Shown: positions 1 through 8,968 of the stretch, one piece after another
Numbering within the stretch: position 1 is the first letter of the stretch
Layout of the letters: the number at the start of each line of letters is the position of its first letter
Origin: an uncultured Planctomycetales bacterium
GTDB taxonomy: Bacteria > Omnitrophota > Gorgyraeia > Gygaellales > Profunditerraquicolaceae
Reading direction: 5' to 3'
DNA: 64,000 bases
Assembly: GCA_964545575.1 (NCBI GenBank)
Contig: CAZJFL010000007.1
Span: 31,848 to 95,847 of the forward strand
Made by a program: the position numbers and the translations under genes
The notes under the pieces: model-generated
What the model saw: only the letters and a program-made list of their open reading frames with translations
Told to the model about the DNA's origin: nothing
Database searches by the model: none

Positions 1-336
1 CTGGGTAGTCTTTTCAAAAGGATAAAGGTTTACCACCACCATATCTATCAGGCCGATGTCATGCTCTTTTAAGGTATGCATATGCTCGGGGTTATTTCTT
101 AATGCCAGAAGCCCGCCGTGTATTTTAGGGTGCAGGGTCTTTACCCTGCCGTCGAGCATCTCCGGGAAGCCGGTGTATCCAGAGACCTCCTTAACCGGTA
201 TATTATTTTCTCTGAATAACTTTGCCGTGCCTCCGGTGGAAAGGATCTCCACGCCGAATTTATTTAATTCCCTGGCTAAATCCAGGATCCCGGTTTTATC
301 CGAAACGCTGATCAAGGCGCGCTTAATCTTAACCAT
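1..336 (-). CDS. purH: IMP cyclohydrolase/AICAR transformylase PurH, N-terminal part (runs off the window edge)
   Basis: Manual minus-strand translation [16 protein letters not shown]...STGGTA...[13 protein letters not shown]...NLYPF; AGGAG RBS upstream of the ATG at 336. Absent from the ORF track because it is truncated. Confidence 0.93.
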   Translation of the reverse strand, partial: MVKIKRALISVSDKTGILDLARELNKFGVEILSTGGTAKLFRENNIPVKEVSGYTGFPEMLDGRVKTLHPKIHGGLLALRNNPEHMHTLKEHDIGLIDMVVVNLYPFEKTTQ

Positions 337-355
337 CCCCTGTTCCTCCTTAATA

Positions 356-1057
356 TTATTTATTGAATCTAAAGTTCACCAAATCTGCGTCCTGCATGAG
401 GTAATCTTTTTGTTCTAAACGCAGTTTACCCGCCTGCTTAGCCGGCGTTTCTCCGCCTGCCTGGATAAAATCATTGAAGCCGATGATTTCGGCGCGGATA
501 AAACCGTGCTGAATATCGGAATGGACCGCGCCCGCTGCCTCCCAGGCAATAGTTCCTTTTTTAATCAGCCAGGCGCGCGTTTCTTTTTCTCCGGTGGTAA
601 AGAAACTGAGGAATCCTGATGCGCTTAGAACCTTAGCTAATAAACCATCCAAATCTTCTAATTCCTGTTTTTCTGCCGCAATTACCGGTTTATTCGTTAA
701 TAAGCCGTACCCAGAGATCAGCTGCTTTTCGCTATCGGTTAAGCCGGCATTAAAAATAAACTCTTCTTTCTCTAAAATTCCTTTTAATTTATTTAATAGC
801 GATTTTTCCGCTTCCTCTTCGCTGCGCCCTAAGCGCGTTTCTATAAACTCCAGGTCTTTTAAAATCAGGTCGGCGCGGGCATCTTTTAAGGTAAGGATTG
901 CGTCGCAATCCAGGAGAGCATCTTCGCCAACCAACTCTACCTGCAGATAGGTCTTCTTCTTGGCTTTAGTGATTTTATCGACCTCATCCAGCCGGGGGTC
1001 TTTGATGTTATGTTTACCGGGGGAGATTTCCGGGATAGACAATATGCCTATTTTCAT
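356..1057 (-). CDS. Short YchF-like protein (DUF933/TGS C-terminal domain), lacking G-domain motifs
   Basis: C-terminal [12 protein letters not shown]...[17 protein letters not shown] is the YchF C-terminal signature; only 233 aa with no GxxxxGKS. Confidence 0.8.
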   Translation of the reverse strand: MKIGILSIPEISPGKHNIKDPRLDEVDKITKAKKKTYLQVELVGEDALLDCDAILTLKDARADLILKDLEFIETRLGRSEEEAEKSLLNKLKGILEKEEFIFNAGLTDSEKQLISGYGLLTNKPVIAAEKQELEDLDGLLAKVLSASGFLSFFTTGEKETRAWLIKKGTIAWEAAGAVHSDIQHGFIRAEIIGFNDFIQAGGETPAKQAGKLRLEQKDYLMQDADLVNFRFNK

Positions 1058-3016
1058 TTACGCTTCCTCTTCCTGTTTCTTGGTGGCCTGGTATTGCGTG
1101 ATGATGCCGGAGGCGATCTTATGCGGGACCTGTTCGTAATGCGAGAAACGCATGGTATACATACCTCTTCCGCCGGTAAGCGAACGCAGGTCATTGGCAT
1201 AGGTAAACATCTCCGCCAGCGGCACATTCGCCTTGACTACCTGAGACCTTCCTTTAATATCCATGCCCATGATGCGGCCGCGCCGGGAGTTTATATCACC
1301 GGAGATAGCGCCGAGGAAATCTTCCGGTATCAGAATGTCTACCGACATGATCGGTTCTAAGAGAACCGGGCCGGCTGCCTGAACCGCTTTTCTTAAAGCC
1401 ATGGCCCCGGCAATCTGAAAAGCCATATCCGAGGAGTCCACTTCATGATAAGAGCCGTCAACAAGCCTAACCTGTAAATCTACTATCGGATATCCGGCTA
1501 CTGCTCCTTCGCTGGCGGCCTGCCGGATACCTTTTTCTGCAGAGGGGATAAAATTTCTCGGTATTGCCCCGCCGAAAATCTTATCCACGAACTCAACGCC
1601 TTTTCCGCTTTCTAAGGGCTCTACCTCAATCCAGACGTCTCCGTATTGCCCGCGGCCGCCTGACTGGCGCTTAAACTTACCCTGGACTTTGGTGCCCTTG
1701 GTAATCGTCTCCTTGTAGGAAACTTTCGGGGTGCCTAATTCTACTTCCACGTTGAACCTTTTTTTCATCCGCTCTATCATCACCGAAAGATGCAAGTCTC
1801 CTAAACCGGAAACAATCAGCTCTTTGGTCTGGGGGTCATGGGTCACGGTAAAAGTAGGGTCCTCCGTCGCAAGTTTGCTCAAGGCTCCGGAGATCTTATC
1901 TTCGTCCTGGCGGGATTTGGGCTTTACCGAAGCGGATATTGCCGGCTCCGGGAAAACGAGCGGCTCAAATAAAACCTGATTTTTTTCGTCGGTAAGCGAA
2001 TCCGAAGTTGCTGTTTCTTTCAATTTAGCTATGGCGGCTATATCTCCGCAGGAAACCTCATCCACCGGCCTTTGCTCTTTACCCTGTAAAATATAGATTT
2101 GGCCGATTCTCTCCCTGTTTCTTTTGTTGGCGTTATAAAAACCGGTATTGGAAGCCAGGGAGCCGGAGAAGATGCGCAAAAGCGAAAGTTGGCCGACATA
2201 AGGGTCGGATATCGACTTAAAGACAAAGGCAGCAAAAGAGCCGTCTGCTCCAAGGATGAGCTCCTTTTTATTTTGCGGATCCACCGGCAGAGATACTTCT
2301 ACTTTTTCCCGCTCCGCAGGATTAGGCAGGCACTGGATAACCGCATCCAATAATTCAGCTATTCCTTTTTCATTTAAGCCTGAACCGGACAACACCGGAA
2401 ATACCTTACGCTTAATTACTGCCTGATGCAAACCAATTTTTAATTCTTCGGGGGATAGCTGGGTGCCTTCCAGATACTTCTCTATTAATTTGTCGTCACT
2501 CTCTGCGATAGACTCGACTAATTCCGGATTATCCAGGGAGTTTACGGGCAGGGCTTTTTTGGAAAGCCGGGATTGGATATCGGCTAAAACCTTCTCGGGG
2601 TCCGCTCCTTCTTTATCAAGCTTATTGATGAATATTAAGCAGGGTAGGTTGTTTTCTTCTAATACCTGCCAGGCGCGCTCGGTGCCTACTTCTACTCCGG
2701 AGATAGCGTCTACCACAATAACCGCCGCGTCTATCGCGCGGATCCCCGATATTACTTCACCGAAAAAATCCGCATATCCGGGGGCATCGATAATTTGAAT
2801 CCTGATATCCTTATAATCACAGAATAATAAACTTGAGCTGATGGAGCTTTTTCTTTCTATTTCATCAAAGCTATAATCGCTGACAGTAGTGCCGTCGGCA
2901 ACCGTTCCTTTGCGGTTTGTGGCCTTAGAGAAATAGAGCATGGCCTCGGCAAGGGTGGTTTTACCGGATTGGGCGTGCCCCAGAAGGATGAAATTGCGTT
3001 TATTCCTGGGATCCAT
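1058..3016 (-). CDS. fusA: Elongation factor G paralog (EF-G2 type)
   Basis: GHAQSGKT, DAPG, NKLD; domain IV/V motifs KRQSGGRGQYG, GSYHEVDSS, LLEPIM. G2 region is divergent (RKSSI), as in EF-G2. Confidence 0.9.
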   Translation of the reverse strand: MDPRNKRNFILLGHAQSGKTTLAEAMLYFSKATNRKGTVADGTTVSDYSFDEIERKSSISSSLLFCDYKDIRIQIIDAPGYADFFGEVISGIRAIDAAVIVVDAISGVEVGTERAWQVLEENNLPCLIFINKLDKEGADPEKVLADIQSRLSKKALPVNSLDNPELVESIAESDDKLIEKYLEGTQLSPEELKIGLHQAVIKRKVFPVLSGSGLNEKGIAELLDAVIQCLPNPAEREKVEVSLPVDPQNKKELILGADGSFAAFVFKSISDPYVGQLSLLRIFSGSLASNTGFYNANKRNRERIGQIYILQGKEQRPVDEVSCGDIAAIAKLKETATSDSLTDEKNQVLFEPLVFPEPAISASVKPKSRQDEDKISGALSKLATEDPTFTVTHDPQTKELIVSGLGDLHLSVMIERMKKRFNVEVELGTPKVSYKETITKGTKVQGKFKRQSGGRGQYGDVWIEVEPLESGKGVEFVDKIFGGAIPRNFIPSAEKGIRQAASEGAVAGYPIVDLQVRLVDGSYHEVDSSDMAFQIAGAMALRKAVQAAGPVLLEPIMSVDILIPEDFLGAISGDINSRRGRIMGMDIKGRSQVVKANVPLAEMFTYANDLRSLTGGRGMYTMRFSHYEQVPHKIASGIITQYQATKKQEEEA

Positions 3017-3063
3017 AATATTTTACTCCTTATATAAATAGTAAGCTAACGGAAGGAAGTGCC

Positions 3064-3092
3064 ATTATATAATAGTAAAAAGGAAGGGTCAA
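3064..3092 (-). promoter_or_regulatory. Sigma70-type promoter for the EF-G2/YchF-like/purH genes
   Basis: Minus strand TTGACC-17 nt-TATAAT. Confidence 0.75.
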
Positions 3093-3133
3093 GAATAAAA
3101 ATACTTAATCCGCTCTCGGCTGAGGAAAAAGAG

Positions 3134-4315
3134 TTATTCCAGGTAAGTGTAGATTTTCCCGCGGTAATTGCGTAAGACGTATTTTCCTTTGGCCTGCGAA
3201 AGGATGTAGTTAGGCCCCACGGGTATTTTACCGCCGCCGCCCGGGCCGTCGATAACATACGTCGGCACCGCATATCCTGAAGTGTGGCCTCTTAGTTTCT
3301 CCATGATATTGATCCCGACGGCAACCGGGGTGCGGAAATGCTGTGTGCCCCTCACCGGGTCGCACTGATAGATGTAATAAGGCCTGACCCGGATCTGCAG
3401 TAATTCATGCACGAGTTTTTTCATGATGTAAGGCCTGTCGTTTATGCCTTTTAAAAGCACGCTCTGGCTGCCTAAAGGAATCCCGCTATCCGCCAGCATA
3501 TCGCAGGCGGTTTTACAGCGCCTGGTAATTTCTTTGGGATGATTGAAGTGGATGCTCACCCAGATAGGGGCATATTTTTTTAGCATGGCCACCAGATTCT
3601 CGGTGATGCGCTGGGGCAGGGTTACCGGCACACGCGTGCCGATCCTTAAAAACTCCACGTGCGAGATAGAACGGATCTTCTGAATCAAGCTTTCAATTTC
3701 TTCGTCCTCTAAGATAAAGGGGTCTCCTCCGGAAATCAGCACATCCCTGATTTTACGGTTTGATTTTATGTATTCGACGGCGGCATCAAATCTCGACGCG
3801 GAATTATCTTCTTTATGGTCTCCGACTAACCTGCGCCGGGTGCAATGCCGGCAGTACATCGCGCACTGCTCGGTGGCTAATAACAGGACTCTGTCCGGAT
3901 AGCGATGCACCAGATGCGGTGCCGGAGAATCCCTGTCTTCCGCGCAAGGATCGACCATTTCGTGCGGGGCAACCACAAACTCCGAAGCCACGGGAACTGC
4001 CTGGCGCCTTAAGGGGCAAGTAGGGTCTTCCGGGTCGAGCAGGTTCGCCCAATAAGGAGTAATCGCCAGAGATAGCCGGCCGCTAGCCTTCTTTATCCCC
4101 TCTTCTTCTTCGGGGGTCAATTTTATGATCTCCGCCAGTTCTTCGCGGGCACGTATCCGGTGTTTTATCTGCCAATGCCAATCCTCCCAATCCAGGGGAT
4201 TGACATCCTTATAAAGGCTAATTTGCTGATAATCAAGCGACCTCCTGCCGGGGCGAGGCGGCGCTTGGGGCTCCTGTAATAATTTTTGGTTCTCCGTTAC
4301 CGCGGTATGATTCAA
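3134..4315 (-). CDS. kamA: KamA-family radical SAM protein (lysine 2,3-aminomutase-like)
   Basis: HRYPDRVLL, CAMYCRHC (CxxxCxxC), SGGDP, YIYQCD and the PLP-lysine motif DGPGGGGKIP. Confidence 0.88.
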   Translation of the reverse strand: MNHTAVTENQKLLQEPQAPPRPGRRSLDYQQISLYKDVNPLDWEDWHWQIKHRIRAREELAEIIKLTPEEEEGIKKASGRLSLAITPYWANLLDPEDPTCPLRRQAVPVASEFVVAPHEMVDPCAEDRDSPAPHLVHRYPDRVLLLATEQCAMYCRHCTRRRLVGDHKEDNSASRFDAAVEYIKSNRKIRDVLISGGDPFILEDEEIESLIQKIRSISHVEFLRIGTRVPVTLPQRITENLVAMLKKYAPIWVSIHFNHPKEITRRCKTACDMLADSGIPLGSQSVLLKGINDRPYIMKKLVHELLQIRVRPYYIYQCDPVRGTQHFRTPVAVGINIMEKLRGHTSGYAVPTYVIDGPGGGGKIPVGPNYILSQAKGKYVLRNYRGKIYTYLE

Positions 4316-5313
4316 TTTAGCCTTGTCCTTTCCGAGGCGCTGGTCAATATCGCCTCAATCAGCTCTTCGTATTTCATGCCCGCAGCATAAGCCATCATCG
4401 GAAAATTAGATTCCTTAGGGTCTAGCCCGGGCAGAGGATTTATCTCCAAGACGTAAGGCGTGTTATCTTTGCTTAAACGGATATCGGTGCGGGAAATATC
4501 AAAGCAACCTACTGCGCGGTGCGTCCGCAAAGCGGCTTCCTTGACGCGCTCTTCGGTTTCTCTATCCAGGCGCGCAGGGCAATGGAACGTCGGCACCAAC
4601 CCTAAATCCGCATTGCCCTGGTATTCCTTCATCCTCCAGGAATAAAAATATTCACCGCTTTTTGCGCAAGCCGAAAAATCTATCTCCAAAATAGGCAAGA
4701 TCATCGTCTTTCCGTTCTCCAGGACCCCCACGGTCAGCTCTTTCCCGTCGATAAACTCTTCCACGATTACTTCGTGTTTATAGGCATTAATGATTTCTCT
4801 GATTTTAGCAAAAAGCATCTCTTTAGTATGCACTACGTTTGAGGCGTTGATGCCCTTGGCCGAGCCTTCACGGTTAGGTTTGACAATGAGCGGGAATCTT
4901 AAATCCGGGATCAGCTCTTCACTGCCCTTGGCAAATACCTGGAAGCGCGGGGTAGGTATATTTTCTGCTTTTAGGATTTTTTTGGTGAGCGCTTTGTTTA
5001 AGGCCATGGCCAGCGATAAAGTATTGGAGCCGGTGTAAGGTATGTTTAAATAATCCAGTATCGCCGGAATCTCCGACTCTCGGAACTTTCCGGACGAGCC
5101 CTCGGCGATATTAAAGACCATGTCCACGGGGTTCTTCCTAAAATATGAAAAGAGGTTTTCCCTGCCGGCATTGACCGCATCCACGCTATGGCCGTTTTTC
5201 TGGATTGCCGAGACGATTGCCGAGACGGTCTCTTCGGAATCAAACTCGGAAAAATAATCCGCCGGCTTGCTGGAATCTTTTTCTTTTAAATTATAAGTTA
5301 AGGCGATCTTCAT
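4312..5313 (-). CDS. ATP-grasp ligase, D-Ala-D-Ala ligase-like family
   Basis: IVKPNREGSAKGI, VEEFIDGKE, RTDIR, LEINPLPG; N-terminus lacks the GGxSxE motif of true Ddl. Confidence 0.85.
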   Translation of the reverse strand: MKIALTYNLKEKDSSKPADYFSEFDSEETVSAIVSAIQKNGHSVDAVNAGRENLFSYFRKNPVDMVFNIAEGSSGKFRESEIPAILDYLNIPYTGSNTLSLAMALNKALTKKILKAENIPTPRFQVFAKGSEELIPDLRFPLIVKPNREGSAKGINASNVVHTKEMLFAKIREIINAYKHEVIVEEFIDGKELTVGVLENGKTMILPILEIDFSACAKSGEYFYSWRMKEYQGNADLGLVPTFHCPARLDRETEERVKEAALRTHRAVGCFDISRTDIRLSKDNTPYVLEINPLPGLDPKESNFPMMAYAAGMKYEELIEAILTSASERTRLN

Positions 5314-6303
5314 CTAATTCAAATCGTACCTTTTAAGCGCGCTGTCTAAAATCTTTCCGATCATCTGCTCGTAAGAAATACCGGTCTCTTTGGCCACCAA
5401 TAAAAATACGTCCTCCGTCGAGAGAGACGGCAAAGGATTTATCTCTAAGACATAAACGCGGCCTTTGTTATCCACCCGGAAATCCACCCTGCCGAAATCG
5501 CGGCACTCTACCGCGTTATATGCCTTAAGCGCTAAATCGCAAAGTTTCCTCTTTAGATCGACGCTAATGTGCGCGGGGCAGATATATTCTAACCTATCCG
5601 AGGTGATCCGCGCGAAAGTATAGAACTTATCGTTGAGCTTGAAACGGCCGTCTATCTTTATCTGCACCACCGGCATCGCTTCCGGGGGGTCGTTACCGAC
5701 TACGGCGACGGTAAATTCCTGGCCGGAAATAAACTCTTCCACCAGCGCCGGCTGTTTGTAGGTATTGATTACGAATTCAGCCTGCCTTTTTAATCCTTCC
5801 ATGTTTTCCACCCGGGAATCTTCGCTTAAACCTTTGGAGGAGCCTTCGAAACGCGGCTTGACGATCAGGGGAAATTTCAGATGGTCCATATCCACTAAGG
5901 AATCCGTATTTTTTACTTCAAAAAATTTCGGGGTGGGTATCCCTTCGCTGATAAAGATTCTTTTGGCCATAATCTTATCCAGCGTCATGCCTAAGGTAAG
6001 GGCATCTGCGCCCACAAAAGGAATCCCCCTCATCTCTAATAATACCGGGACTTGCGATTCCCGGTTTCTGCCGGATACGCCTTCGGAGATGTTAAAAACA
6101 ATATCTACGCCCAGATTATCTATTTTTTCCAGGAGATTGGAGACGTTGCCGATTTTTTTTACCGGGAAACCACAGGCTTTAATGGCGTCGGCAATGACGT
6201 CAATGGTAGAGGGATGGTCGAATTCCGCGTTGGCATCCGGGGGATCGCCCTCTTTAAACTCGTAATCTGTCTTTAAATCGTATGTTAACCCTACGGTTTT
6301 CAT
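5314..6303 (-). CDS. ATP-grasp ligase, D-Ala-D-Ala ligase-like family (paralog of the adjacent gene)
   Basis: IVKPRFEGSSKGL, VEEFISGQE, RVDFR, LEINPLPS. Confidence 0.85.
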   Translation of the reverse strand: MKTVGLTYDLKTDYEFKEGDPPDANAEFDHPSTIDVIADAIKACGFPVKKIGNVSNLLEKIDNLGVDIVFNISEGVSGRNRESQVPVLLEMRGIPFVGADALTLGMTLDKIMAKRIFISEGIPTPKFFEVKNTDSLVDMDHLKFPLIVKPRFEGSSKGLSEDSRVENMEGLKRQAEFVINTYKQPALVEEFISGQEFTVAVVGNDPPEAMPVVQIKIDGRFKLNDKFYTFARITSDRLEYICPAHISVDLKRKLCDLALKAYNAVECRDFGRVDFRVDNKGRVYVLEINPLPSLSTEDVFLLVAKETGISYEQMIGKILDSALKRYDLN

Positions 6304-6321
6304 AAAGTTATGGCCTCATTT

Positions 6322-6355
6322 AAAAAATAAGGGCCCTCTTACTTCTTGAGCCCTT
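6322..6355 (-). terminator. Terminator/attenuator-like hairpin in the leader of the ATP-grasp/KamA operon
   Basis: Minus strand AAGGGCTC-loop-GGGCCCTT followed by ATTTTTT, about 20 nt before the start codon. Confidence 0.45.
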
Positions 6356-6504
6356 TAATTTACCCCTTTATTTTTCCAACTTAATTTATTTAACCTCCCT
6401 AAAATTCTCTCAACTCATTCATACATATTGTATTAACAACTATTTTTAACATAATATCTTGTCGTTGTCAAGTAATTTTTGAATTTCAGGGGGCTAAGCG
6501 GAGG

Positions 6505-7266
6505 TTATTTTATCGACGGAGGAATTGAAAAATGGCTGAGAGAGACCTTGCCCCAGCCGATAAGATTATTTTTAATGATGACCACGACACCGATAACGCC
6601 CTTTATGGACCTGGCAAAATCCAGCGCCTTCTCTAAATCCGCCTTGGACTGGACCCGGTTACAGATAGCAGTGGCTGCGGCATCGGCCAAAGAGGCGTTC
6701 TTGGCCAGAATCACCACGCTATCCGCACAACCAAAACTTAAAGAATGCCCTATTGTCCCCGAAGAAGTACAAATACCCAGGGGAGTATCTTGCGGGCGTA
6801 TCTTAAGCACCAATCCTTTCCATAGCTTGGACTTTCCTGCGTATATGGCGATGTTGCGTGTTTTTTTTGTGACTAAAAATACATCTCCTCCGTTTTCAAT
6901 AATCACTTCTTTGTAACCTCCAGCTAATAAATCTTTGCCTAAAAAAGAGGCTATGGCTCCCGCCACGGTTGCCATCGGCCCGACGCCGGCTTTCTTGGCC
7001 TGCCTGCTCATTTCTTTTACGATTGCGGCTGCGTTTATCTCAACCTCCAAAGGCTTAAGGCTGGTCAGGAATTTTGCGTCTTTACTAATATAGTTTTCTA
7101 TCTGTCTGCGGTAAAGCCGCACTCTTTTTTTAGCGAAATCTTGGTCTAACGGCTTATCGGCGAGGATTACTAAATCCGTTTCTCTCTCGACAATATGCGC
7201 CGAATGCAGATCCTTGTGCCCAGCCCAATCGCGATAAAATCTTCTTCGATATTTATTGCTTTTCAT
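6505..7266 (-). CDS. UPF0280/ApbE-like family protein
   Basis: VGPMATVAGA, IIENGGD, CTSSGTIGHSLSFG, ADAAATA motifs. Confidence 0.85.
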   Translation of the reverse strand: MKSNKYRRRFYRDWAGHKDLHSAHIVERETDLVILADKPLDQDFAKKRVRLYRRQIENYISKDAKFLTSLKPLEVEINAAAIVKEMSRQAKKAGVGPMATVAGAIASFLGKDLLAGGYKEVIIENGGDVFLVTKKTRNIAIYAGKSKLWKGLVLKIRPQDTPLGICTSSGTIGHSLSFGCADSVVILAKNASLADAAATAICNRVQSKADLEKALDFARSIKGVIGVVVIIKNNLIGWGKVSLSHFSIPPSIK

Positions 7267-7268
7267 CT

Positions 7269-8276
7269 TTAACAGATGCGCGGCAGCGGGTCGCCGATAA
7301 GCATATCAAGGATACGCCGTGTGCCTAAAACAGTATTCAGTATTACGCGGCCTTTAGGCTCTTTAATTACGGTACCGATCTCCCGGGCCCGGCGGCCTAA
7401 GGGATGCTTTCTTAAAAAATTTAAGACCTTTTTGCTCTCTTGCTGCTTTACCACCAAGACCGCCTTTCCTTCATTAGCCACATACAAGGGGTCTATGCCC
7501 AGCAGCTCGCCAGCAGCCCTGACCTGGCTGGAGATAGGTATATTTTTCTCGTCGATAATAATTCCTAATTTGGAAGCTTCGGCAATTTCATTTAAGGTGG
7601 TAGCTACGCCACCCCTGGTCGGATCGCGCATAAACTTTATGGCGGAGGTTTGTTGAAGCAGGCCGATCAGCATTTTATTTAAGGCCGCGCAGTCGCTTTT
7701 TATATTAAAGCCGAAATCCAGCTCTTTTCTTTTGGCTAAAACCGCCAGGCCATGCTGGCCGATATTTCCGGTAAGAATGATTTTATCCCCTGCTCTGATA
7801 TTGGCGATAGCAAGCTTCCTGTTTTTAAGAATCCTGCCGATGCCGGAAGTATTAATGAATAGTTTATCGCAGGCACCCTTCTCCACTACCTTCAGGTCTC
7901 CGGTAACAAAAAGTATGCCTGCGGCCCTGGCATTCATGGCGATAGAATCAACGACCTGCTCCAGTATCTTGTAATCCAGGCCCTCTTCGATGATCAGCGC
8001 TAAAGAAAGGTATTCCGGGACGGCGCCCAGCATTACTAAATCGTTTACCGTGCCGCAGACTGCCAGCTTCCCGATGTCTCCTCCGGGAAATCTTAAAGGG
8101 CTGACCACAAACGAATCTGTGGAAAAAGCGAGCTTCTCTTTATAGCCGATGTAAGCGCTGTCGCTAAGCTCCCTTAAGACCGGATTATTTAATTTCTCTA
8201 GCAGAAGCCCTTTGATTAAACCGTGCATCAGCCTGCCTCCGCTACCATGACTAAGTAATATCTGTTTATTAAACAT
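7269..8276 (-). CDS. hypE: Hydrogenase maturation protein HypE
   Basis: LSHGSGG, TDSFVV, GTVNDL, MRDPTRGG and C-terminal LPRIC. Confidence 0.95.
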   Translation of the reverse strand: MFNKQILLSHGSGGRLMHGLIKGLLLEKLNNPVLRELSDSAYIGYKEKLAFSTDSFVVSPLRFPGGDIGKLAVCGTVNDLVMLGAVPEYLSLALIIEEGLDYKILEQVVDSIAMNARAAGILFVTGDLKVVEKGACDKLFINTSGIGRILKNRKLAIANIRAGDKIILTGNIGQHGLAVLAKRKELDFGFNIKSDCAALNKMLIGLLQQTSAIKFMRDPTRGGVATTLNEIAEASKLGIIIDEKNIPISSQVRAAGELLGIDPLYVANEGKAVLVVKQQESKKVLNFLRKHPLGRRAREIGTVIKEPKGRVILNTVLGTRRILDMLIGDPLPRIC

Positions 8277-8280
8277 ATTT

Positions 8281-8347
8281 TGTTTGGAACATTAGAATTT
8301 AAACTTTAGGATTTGTTTAGGATTTCGGATTTAGAATTTAGGATTTC
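8281..8347. repeat. 7-nt-period AT-rich repeat; inverted copy of 14797-14862
   Basis: Reverse complement aligns without gaps to 14797-14862 at roughly 85% identity (manual count); it supplies the HAD C-terminus and stop codon. Confidence 0.75.
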
Positions 8348-8968
8348 TATATCAATACCTGCATCAACAAGGTCCTTTTTGAGTTGTTCTATTCCTGTAA
8401 AAACAGCGCCCTTGATGCCTAATCCGGCGGCAATCTCTACGAGCTCCGGCCTGTCGTCGGTGTAAAAGACTTTTTCCGGCGCCTCTACCCCTAAAGCTTC
8501 CAGCGCCCGGCTATAAATTAGGGGGTGGGGTTTACGCATCCCCAACTCAAAAGAAGTAAGCACGCAATCAAAAGCGTCGAAAAGGGGAAAAATCTGCTTC
8601 AGGTAATTAAAGTGCAAAACGTTGATATTGGAAAGCAGCGCTGTTTTATACCTGCCTTTAAGCGTCTTAGCCAACTTATAGACGCCGCTGTTCTCCCTGG
8701 TTAAAAAGAAAATCTCATTCCAGATAGGCAGAAAATCTTTGTAATCCAGTTTTAAATTGAGCATCTCCCTTACCCTGGAGAAAAAATCCTGGGATGAAAT
8801 TTTGCCTTCTTCGAAGAGCCCGGTAATTCCGGAATCAAAAAAAAGACCGAATATTTCCTGCTCGGTTTTATCGGTAAACCCGGATATTCTCCTGGCGGCG
8901 ATATTATGATCAAAGCTGATCAGGACGTTGCCTAAATCAAAAATAACCGCTTCTATTTTATTTTCCAT
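8306..8968 (-). CDS. HAD-superfamily hydrolase (YihX-like)
   Basis: IFDLGNVL, LLSN, RKP and YTDD motifs. Confidence 0.88.
   Translation of the reverse strand: MENKIEAVIFDLGNVLISFDHNIAARRISGFTDKTEQEIFGLFFDSGITGLFEEGKISSQDFFSRVREMLNLKLDYKDFLPIWNEIFFLTRENSGVYKLAKTLKGRYKTALLSNINVLHFNYLKQIFPLFDAFDCVLTSFELGMRKPHPLIYSRALEALGVEAPEKVFYTDDRPELVEIAAGLGIKGAVFTGIEQLKKDLVDAGIDIEILNSKSEILNKS

Noticed and set aside
3134-4315. EpmB (EF-P beta-lysylation) assignment
   Set aside because: It has the KamA-type GGGGKIP motif and length, and neither efp nor epmA is adjacent.
4312-6303. Annotation as housekeeping ddl genes
   Set aside because: They lack the Ddl N-terminal GGxSxE motif and any mur/dcw context, and are coupled to KamA.
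6360-6430. RiPP precursor peptide for the ATP-grasp ligases
   Set aside because: Only 3-7 codon frames are present, with no graspetide-like core motif.
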